This document shows, one piece after another, positions 55,463 through 64,000 of a stretch of DNA of 64,000 nt. Within the stretch, counting starts at the first letter, position 1. Every line of letters begins with the position of its first letter. The notes beneath the pieces were generated by a model. The model was not told where the DNA came from. It saw only the letters and a list, made by a program, of their open reading frames with translations, and made no database searches. A program made the position numbers and the translations under genes. The DNA comes from an uncultured Verrucomicrobiae bacterium (GTDB lineage Bacteria > Verrucomicrobiota > Verrucomicrobiia > Chthoniobacterales > UBA10450), in assembly GCA_963792775.1 (NCBI GenBank), contig CAWBXU010000015.1, forward strand, positions 263 to 64,262. The letters run 5' to 3'.

Positions 55463-58051
55463 TTATTCTGCGCGCAGCGCGACCATCGGATCTACGCGCG
55501 CCGCACGTCGCGCCGGTATCCAGGTCGCGAGCAGGGCCGCGGCCGCGAGGAGAAGCGGCGCGAGCGTGAAGGCAATCGGATCGAGCGCGCCGACTTCGTA
55601 GAGCAACCCGCTCACCACTCTGCCGATCAGGATCGCAAGTACCAGCCCGAGCCCGACGCCACTTAGCAACATGAGCGCGGTTTCGCGCATGAACATCCAT
55701 TGCACCGCGCCCGGCTGCGCGCCCAACGCCATGCGAATGCCGATCTCCCGCCGGCGCCGCGCGACCGCGTAGGCTTTCACCCCGTAAATCCCGATGACCG
55801 CGAGCGCGAGCGCGAGCCCGCCGAAGATGGAAAAAAGCGCTGCCCCCGCCCGCACGAGCCAGAGCTCGACATTGCTCTCGAGATGTTGCGAGAACGTTTT
55901 CAGCGAGAGAATTGGCAGCACCGGATCGACTTCGCGAACCGTCCGCCTGACGAGATCGGCGGCGGTGCTTTCATTGGCGTGACTGAGCGCCGCGAATTTT
56001 ACGATGAAGAAAACCTCGCTCTGGAATCCGCGCGCGAAGGGCAGGTAAAGCGTTCCCGGCTGCTCGCTCTCGAAGATGGCGCCACGCGTCGCCGGCACGA
56101 TGCCGACGACTTCGATCGGTTGTTCCGGCTTAATTTGCCCGTTGCGGTCGTCATTGATGTTGAACCCGTTCCGCTCGGTACCTTTCACGGGGGCGTTGTC
56201 GCTCGCGATCTGGATTTGCTGTCCCAGCGCGTCGCCATCGGGCCAGAGTTTTTTCGCGAGCACATCGTCGATGATCGCGACCGCAGGTCCGCCGGGCTCG
56301 TTTGCCTCCGCCGCATTAAAGGCGCGCCCGCGGAGGAAGCGCAGTCCGGTGGTGGAAAAATAATCCGCGCCCACGCTGTTCCAGCGCGCGCTGAAAGCGA
56401 GGCCCGCCGCGGCCGTCGCCGGATGCGAGTCGGCTGTTCCATGAAAGCCGGCCCGCTGCACGTTCTTATCCAACGAAATCATCCCGAAAGGCACGGTCGC
56501 GGAAATCGTGGCGTGCTCGACCCCAGGAAGAGCGGCCAGGCGCTCCTGCAGTTTGCGATAAAGTTCCTGCGCGTGTTTTTGATCGTAGCCGCCGAGGCTG
56601 GCATCGACTTCGAGGAGAAAACTCCGCTCCGTCTGCAAGCCCGTATCGACGCTCGCTGCTTTCTGCGCGCCGCGGACGAAGAGCGCCGCCGCCGTCAGGA
56701 GGGCGAGAGAAAAGGCGATTTGCGCCACCACGAGCGGATTGCGCGGGAGAAATTTCCAATGCCGCCTAACGACATCTTCGGCCGCGTTTTCCTTCAGATC
56801 GCCGATCACGAGACCGCGCGAAAGTTTCAAGGCCGGCCCGAGGGCGAAGCCGATCGTGCCGAGCATGGCGAAGAGGAGGGTGGCGAGAAGGATGGCGGGC
56901 TTGGGTCCCGTCGTCCAAACGAGATCGAGCGGGATCAGCTTGCCGGCCGAGGCAAAGAGCAGGTCGCACGACCAGAGCCCGAGGAGCAATCCGCCGGCCC
57001 CGCCGCAGAGCGCGAGAACGAATCCTTCGATGAGCAGTTGCCTAACGATTTGCCGGCGGGTCCCTCCGAGCGCCTGCCGAATCGCGATCTCTTTGCGCCG
57101 CGCCGTGCCGCGGGCGAGGAGCATGTTCGCGAGGTTGAGGCAGGCGACGAGGAGCACGACCAGCGACATCCCGAGAAGGAGCGGCGCGACCGTGCCCAGG
57201 TTGCCCGCGCCTTGCGGGCTCGTGCTCGTGGAAAAGCGCGAGACGGGCGTGGTCAAAAAGGTCTGGTTTTTCTGCTCGACGGGGTAGGCCTTTTCCAGAT
57301 TGGTCGCCAGCGTCTTCAGCGCGGGCAACGCGGCCGCCGCCGTCAGGCCGGGTTTGAGCCGGCCAATCAGCATGAGCTGGGTGCTGGCGCGGTCGCCTAA
57401 CGAGTTGCGATTATCCTGCTCGAAATCGTTCGCCACCTGATCGTAAACCCCGAGCGGCAGCCAGACCTCCGGAGCGATGATCTGCATCGTCCCGGCGAAC
57501 CCTTCCGGCAGGATCCCAACGATCGTGAACGGGCGCCCATCGATCAGCATTTTCGAGCCGAGGAGATCGGGCTTGAGGCCCTGTTTTTTCCAATAGCTGT
57601 GACTAACGATCGCGACCTGCGCGTTGCGGCCGGGCGTTTCCTCCTCGGGCAAAAAAGTGCGCCCCTGCGCGGGTGCGCGTCCGAGGACGGAGAAGTAGTT
57701 CGAGCTCACGACATCCGCGAAAGCGCGTCGGGTGTTCCCTTTTTCGCCGATGCCGATCATGGCGAGGTTATGCGCGAAGAGGCCGGAGAAGACGGTGTTC
57801 TGCTCGCGAATGTCGCGATAAGTCGGATAGGAAAAACCGCGAAAGCTCTTCGGGTTTTTCGCATCCTGCGAGAAGAGCTGCACGATTTCGTCAGGCCGCT
57901 CATAACTCGGCGGGTCGTAGAGCAGTGTGTGGATGAGGCTGAAGACGGAGGTGTTGACCCCGATGCCAAGGGCCAGGGTGAGGATCGCAAGGGCGCTGAA
58001 GCCGGGCGATTTGAGGAGGAGCCGAAGGGCGAAGCGGAGGTCGTGGAGCAT
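55463..58051 (-). CDS. ADOP-family duplicated MacB/FtsX-type permease (paralogue 1)
   Basis: 862 aa and intact. The N-terminus is MLHDLRFALRLLLKSPGFSALAILTLALGIGVNTSVFS. There are two FtsX modules (..RRKEIAIRQALGG.. and ..RRREIGIRMALGA..). The C-terminus is ARRAARVDPMVALRAE. Confidence 0.85.
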   Translation of the reverse strand: MLHDLRFALRLLLKSPGFSALAILTLALGIGVNTSVFSLIHTLLYDPPSYERPDEIVQLFSQDAKNPKSFRGFSYPTYRDIREQNTVFSGLFAHNLAMIGIGEKGNTRRAFADVVSSNYFSVLGRAPAQGRTFLPEEETPGRNAQVAIVSHSYWKKQGLKPDLLGSKMLIDGRPFTIVGILPEGFAGTMQIIAPEVWLPLGVYDQVANDFEQDNRNSLGDRASTQLMLIGRLKPGLTAAAALPALKTLATNLEKAYPVEQKNQTFLTTPVSRFSTSTSPQGAGNLGTVAPLLLGMSLVVLLVACLNLANMLLARGTARRKEIAIRQALGGTRRQIVRQLLIEGFVLALCGGAGGLLLGLWSCDLLFASAGKLIPLDLVWTTGPKPAILLATLLFAMLGTIGFALGPALKLSRGLVIGDLKENAAEDVVRRHWKFLPRNPLVVAQIAFSLALLTAAALFVRGAQKAASVDTGLQTERSFLLEVDASLGGYDQKHAQELYRKLQERLAALPGVEHATISATVPFGMISLDKNVQRAGFHGTADSHPATAAAGLAFSARWNSVGADYFSTTGLRFLRGRAFNAAEANEPGGPAVAIIDDVLAKKLWPDGDALGQQIQIASDNAPVKGTERNGFNINDDRNGQIKPEQPIEVVGIVPATRGAIFESEQPGTLYLPFARGFQSEVFFIVKFAALSHANESTAADLVRRTVREVDPVLPILSLKTFSQHLESNVELWLVRAGAALFSIFGGLALALAVIGIYGVKAYAVARRRREIGIRMALGAQPGAVQWMFMRETALMLLSGVGLGLVLAILIGRVVSGLLYEVGALDPIAFTLAPLLLAAAALLATWIPARRAARVDPMVALRAE

Positions 58052-58063
58052 GGTCGTGGTTTT

Positions 58064-60508
<2,445 letters not shown>

Positions 60509-60563
60509 TTGGATGCAGTGGCCGCCTTGTTGGATTCAAATTCCTCTGCCGCGCCTTCAAATT

Positions 60564-60714
60564 CTGGGGAGGACGGAGTGCCACTCCGTCGTTCGGCGCA
60601 GTCTGCGCCGAACTGCGCGCAGGGTTGATTCCTCGAGCACGGGTGGCGCCGTTCGCGGAGGGCCTTGGACGAGACTCGTCCAAGCGCGACGGAGTAACAC
60701 TCCGTCCTCCCCGG
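60564..60714. repeat. 151-bp REPIN-like element (GGGGAG heads) between ADOP paralogues 3 and 2
   Basis: It reads CTGGGGAG GACGGAGTG-c-CACTCCGTC (60564-60590), GTTCGGCGCAG-t-CTGCGCCGAAC (60591-60613), CTTGGACGAG-a-CTCGTCCAAG (60664-60684), then GACGGAGT-aac-ACTCCGTC CTCCCCGG (60688-60714). Confidence 0.75.
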
Positions 60715-60737
60715 AACGGAAATAGCACGCCGGAAGA

Positions 60738-63164
60738 TCATTCTGCCCGTAATGCCTCCATCGGATTCACTTTGGTGGCGCGGCGCGCGGGGAGGTAATT
60801 GGCGAGGAGCGCGACGAGCGCGAGCAGACAAACGACGCTGACGAACGTCACCGGATCCGTCGCGCCCACACCATAGAGCAGGCTCGCAAGAAATCTCGTT
60901 AGGCCAAACGCGGCCAGCAGGCCGAGTCCGAGCCCGATGGCAGCGAGTTTCATTCCGTCGCCCACGACCATGCGAAAGAGCGTCGCGCGTTGCGCCCCCA
61001 AAGCCATGCGAATGCCGAGCTCGCGCGTGCGCTGGGTGACGGCGTAGGAAATGACGCCATACAAACCGAGCGCGGCGAGGGCGAGTGCGATCGCGGCGAA
61101 GGTGCCGAGCAACGCGCCGTTCAGCCGTCGATCCGCGACCGATTCAGCGATCACGTTTTGCATGGTTTCGACCCGGAATAGCGGCAAGCTCGGATCGATT
61201 TCCTGAATGGCGCGCCGCACCGAAGCCACGAGCGCCGTTGGCTCAGTCGCATTCGCCCGCACCACCAAGGTCGCGGTCTGCAGCATGTTGCCTCCCAAAT
61301 CTTTCGAGCCCGGAGCCTGCGCAATCGCGAAGTAAATTTCTGGCTGCGGCTCGCGATCGAGACCGCTCTGCCTGACGTCAGCGACCACCCCGACGATCGT
61401 GAAGGCGTATTCGCTCCCGATAAGAATTTTTCCGCCGAGAATTCCGCTTTCGCTTTCACCGAAGCGACGAGCGAGCGCGCGGTTCACCACGATCGAGGGC
61501 GACGCCATCGCGCCATCGCGCGCATCAGTCAGCCGGCCGGCCAGCAGCGGCACGCCCATCGTCCCGAAGTAATTCCCGGCGACACAGCGGAACTCCGCCA
61601 GCGGCGCCTGCCCGGGCGGGAAAGGATGACCCTCGAGTTTGATGCTGCCGTTCATGCCCCATTGCGCGAGCGGCAGAAAATTGATCGCCCCGGCGCCGCG
61701 CACTCCGGGCAGACTTTGGATGCGGCCGAGCGCACGCTGGTAAAACGCGATGACCTGATCGGCGCGCGCGTAACGATCGTTAGGCAAAGCGACCCGCGCG
61801 GTCAGCACCTGCTCCGGCTCGCGCAATCCCGAGTTGGTCTGCTGCAGGGCCGCGAAACTGCGCAGGAGCAAGCCGGCGCCGCTCAGGAGGACGACGGCGA
61901 GCGCCACTTCCGCGACAACGAGGAGACCGCGCAACCGGTTCGCGCCCGCGAGCGCAGTCTGGCCGTGCAGCGCAGTTTGCATATCGGCCGCGGAACGTCC
62001 CAACATTTGCCGCGCGGGCGCGAGTCCGCAGCCGACCCCGACGCAGAAAGCGAGGAGCGCGGTGAAACCCAAGACCGTTCCATCGAGGTGCACCGCGCTC
62101 GCCCCAGGAATTTGATTGCCTAACAATGCCAGGAGCAGATCGATGCCCCAGATGGCGAGGACAATGCCGGCCGCGCCGCCCAGCGTCGCGAGCAAAATGC
62201 TCTCGATGAGAAATTGCCTAACGAGTCGCGCGCGACTGGCGCCGAGCGCGAGCCGGAGCGCGATCTCGCGCTGGCGTCCGGCGGCGCGGGCGAGGAGAAG
62301 ATTGGCGATGTTGGCGGTCGCGATCAGGAGGACGCAGGCGACGCTTCCGAGGAGAACGAGGAGCGAGGCGCGGCTGTTCCGCGTCAGCTGTTCCTGCAGG
62401 GGGACGAGCGAGATGCTGCGGTCGCCCTGCTCGTCGGGATATTTTTTCCCGATCGTTAGGGCGACCGCTTCCATGTTGGCCTGCGCCTGCGCCAGGGAGA
62501 CGCCGGGACGCAGACGACCGACCACCTGCAATCCGTGATCGCCGCGCGCCGCCATCTGCGCCGGAGTCACGACCAGCGGCACCCAAAGCTGCCCGCGTTC
62601 GCTCGGAAAACGAAAGCTCGCCGGCATTACTCCGATGACGGTGAAAGGCCGGCCATCGAGCGGAATGGTGAGGCCAACGATCGCGGGATCAGCTCCGAAT
62701 TGCGCGCGCCACATTCCCTCGCTGAGCACAACCACGTTCGTGCCGCCGGCCCGGTCTTCACCGCCGACAAACGTTCGGCCGAGCAGCGGCTGCGCGCCGA
62801 GGACGCGGAAATAATTTGCCGAAACGGTGACGCCAAGAATGCGCTCCGGGCTCGTTTTATCCTGCAGCGCGAAATCCTGATATTGGTAGGCCGCGATGCC
62901 TTGCAGCGTCGTGTTCTGTTCGCGCCAGTCGCGAATATTGGCGGGTGAGCTGGAGCCGAGAAAGCCCGCTGGAAATTTCTTGCTCTCGAAAATCTGCACG
63001 AGCTGATCCGGCCGGGTGAGCGGCAGCGGGCGCAGGAGGACGGCGTTGACCACGCTGAAGATCGCGGTGTTCGCGCCGATCCCGAGAGCGAGAGTGAGGA
63101 TCGCAATCAGGCTGAAGCCCGGCGATTTTATTAGAAGCCTGAAGGCGTAGCGAAGATCGTTCAT
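60738..63164 (-). CDS. ADOP-family duplicated permease (paralogue 3)
   Basis: I take ATG 63164 (MNDLRYAFRLLIKSPGFSLIAILTLALGIGANTAIFS), giving 808 aa. The ORF extension to 63272 runs through the palindromic element. It has GRQREIALRLALGA, RTRELGIRMALGA and ARRATKVNPMEALRAE. Confidence 0.85.
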   Translation of the reverse strand: MNDLRYAFRLLIKSPGFSLIAILTLALGIGANTAIFSVVNAVLLRPLPLTRPDQLVQIFESKKFPAGFLGSSSPANIRDWREQNTTLQGIAAYQYQDFALQDKTSPERILGVTVSANYFRVLGAQPLLGRTFVGGEDRAGGTNVVVLSEGMWRAQFGADPAIVGLTIPLDGRPFTVIGVMPASFRFPSERGQLWVPLVVTPAQMAARGDHGLQVVGRLRPGVSLAQAQANMEAVALTIGKKYPDEQGDRSISLVPLQEQLTRNSRASLLVLLGSVACVLLIATANIANLLLARAAGRQREIALRLALGASRARLVRQFLIESILLATLGGAAGIVLAIWGIDLLLALLGNQIPGASAVHLDGTVLGFTALLAFCVGVGCGLAPARQMLGRSAADMQTALHGQTALAGANRLRGLLVVAEVALAVVLLSGAGLLLRSFAALQQTNSGLREPEQVLTARVALPNDRYARADQVIAFYQRALGRIQSLPGVRGAGAINFLPLAQWGMNGSIKLEGHPFPPGQAPLAEFRCVAGNYFGTMGVPLLAGRLTDARDGAMASPSIVVNRALARRFGESESGILGGKILIGSEYAFTIVGVVADVRQSGLDREPQPEIYFAIAQAPGSKDLGGNMLQTATLVVRANATEPTALVASVRRAIQEIDPSLPLFRVETMQNVIAESVADRRLNGALLGTFAAIALALAALGLYGVISYAVTQRTRELGIRMALGAQRATLFRMVVGDGMKLAAIGLGLGLLAAFGLTRFLASLLYGVGATDPVTFVSVVCLLALVALLANYLPARRATKVNPMEALRAE

Positions 63165-63189
63165 AATCGTCTTGGATGTGGCGCGCACT

Positions 63190-63319
63190 CTGGGGAGCGC
63201 ACGCGACTCGCGTGCTGCAATCGGCGACTCGCCGATTGCCTCTGCGGTCTCAGCGCTGGGCGCGAAGAGCATTTCGGCGAGTCGCCAAAATGGGCACGCG
63301 AGTCGCGTGCGCTCCCCAG
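63190..63319. repeat. 130-bp REPIN-like element with perfect 26-nt inverted arms between ADOP paralogues 4 and 3
   Basis: CTGGGGAGCGCACGCGACTCGCGTGC (63190-63215) is the exact reverse complement of 63294-63319. Inner hairpins are AATCGGCGA-c-TCGCCGATT (63219-63237) and TTTCGGCGA-g-TCGCCAAAA (about 63272-63290). It ends 1 nt from the stop of the upstream gene. Confidence 0.8.
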
Positions 63320-63320
63320 A

Positions 63321-64000
63321 TTACTCATCGCGCAGCGCCTCGATCGGGTTGACCCGCGTGGCGCGTTGCGCCGGGAGCAGACAGGCGACAAGCGCGACCG
63401 CCGCGAGCAAGAGCGTAATCGCGCCGAGGGTGAGCGGATCAGAGGCGCTCGTCTGGAAAAGAATCGAGCCCATCGCGCGGGTCGCGAGAAAGGTCGCGAC
63501 CAGGCCGACGAGCAATCCGATCCCGACCAGCTTGCCGCCGCTGCCGAGAATGAGATTGAGCACGTCGCGGGTCTGCGCGCCCAGCGCCATGCGAATCCCA
63601 ATCTCGCCGCGTCGCTGCACGACGTTGTAGGACATGACGCCGTAAATCCCGACTGACGCGATGATGAGCGCGACGATTGAGAAGACGGCGACGAGCGTCA
63701 TGGCGAAGCGTTGCTTCGCGATCGTCTCCGAGAGAATTTCCGTGAGCGGCTGGATCGTGCCGACCGGCTGATCTTTGTCGATGGAATAGACCGCGGGTCG
63801 GAGCGCCCCAATCAGCGCCGCGGGCGAGCCCGTGCTGCGCAGGACGACGTTGAGGGTGTTGAAGGGATGCTGCGCGAAGGGCTCGTAAGTCTGCGCCGTT
63901 GTCTCCTTGTCGACGCCGTACTGTTTGATGTCGCCGACGATCCCGACGATCTGGCGGAAATTTTCCGGACCATTCTGCACATCGATCTGTTTCCCGATCG
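63321..64000 (-). CDS. ADOP/FtsX-type permease (paralogue 4), C-terminal part only; continues beyond the window
   Basis: The frame is open to the window edge. It has VQRRGEIGIRMALGA and the C-terminus AQRATRVNPIEALRDE. Confidence 0.8.
   Translation of the reverse strand, partial: IGKQIDVQNGPENFRQIVGIVGDIKQYGVDKETTAQTYEPFAQHPFNTLNVVLRSTGSPAALIGALRPAVYSIDKDQPVGTIQPLTEILSETIAKQRFAMTLVAVFSIVALIIASVGIYGVMSYNVVQRRGEIGIRMALGAQTRDVLNLILGSGGKLVGIGLLVGLVATFLATRAMGSILFQTSASDPLTLGAITLLLAAVALVACLLPAQRATRVNPIEALRDE

Overview
GC-rich bacterial chromosomal window. The gene content (tandem ADOP-type duplicated permeases, secreted Kelch and BNR/sortilin-like proteins) suggests a soil Verrucomicrobia- or Acidobacteria-like organism, but that is a guess. 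Everything here was read by eye from the sequence and the ORF track; no searches or computations were run.

Layout:
- 1-19.7 kb: a Wzx/Wzy-type exopolysaccharide (EPS) locus. It holds a Wzc-like kinase, two flippases, three Wzy-like polymerases, four glycosyltransferases, a pyruvyl transferase, GH16, Wza, an outer-membrane barrel and a clan GH-A hydrolase.
- 19.9-41.9 kb: mixed housekeeping genes. These are DUF1203-ada, tRNA-Arg(UCU), a Kelch protein, sppA, a CPBP protease, thiL-tsaE-tsaB-alr, rpsR-rpmG-dksA-like, a MacAB-like efflux system, rhodanese and a BNR protein.
- 42.1-52.2 kb: rplA-rplJ-rplL-rpoB-rpoC.
- 52.3-64 kb: PduO-type adenosyltransferase, dienelactone hydrolase, DUF885 and four tandem ADOP permeases.

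Main observations:
- The non-palindromic 9-mer GCCTAACGA/TCGTTAGGC is hugely over-represented. I count 38 exact copies and about 60 copies of the core from 19.8 kb onward. Most lie inside conserved genes and force rare codons. This resembles a DNA uptake signal.
- The word is almost absent from the visibly lower-GC EPS locus.
- A family of REPIN-like intergenic hairpin modules starts with a GGGGAG/GGGTAG head and shows compensatory stem changes between copies.
- About 25-30 single-base frame disruptions are clustered in some genes, including rpoB, rplJ, alr and tsaB. Many are probably assembly indels. The first 6.4 kb looks genuinely decayed.
- A T18 tract splits a membrane-protein gene, and a 7-nt tandem repeat sits at the thiL/tsaE junction.

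I saw no CRISPR array, rRNA, transposase or integrase.
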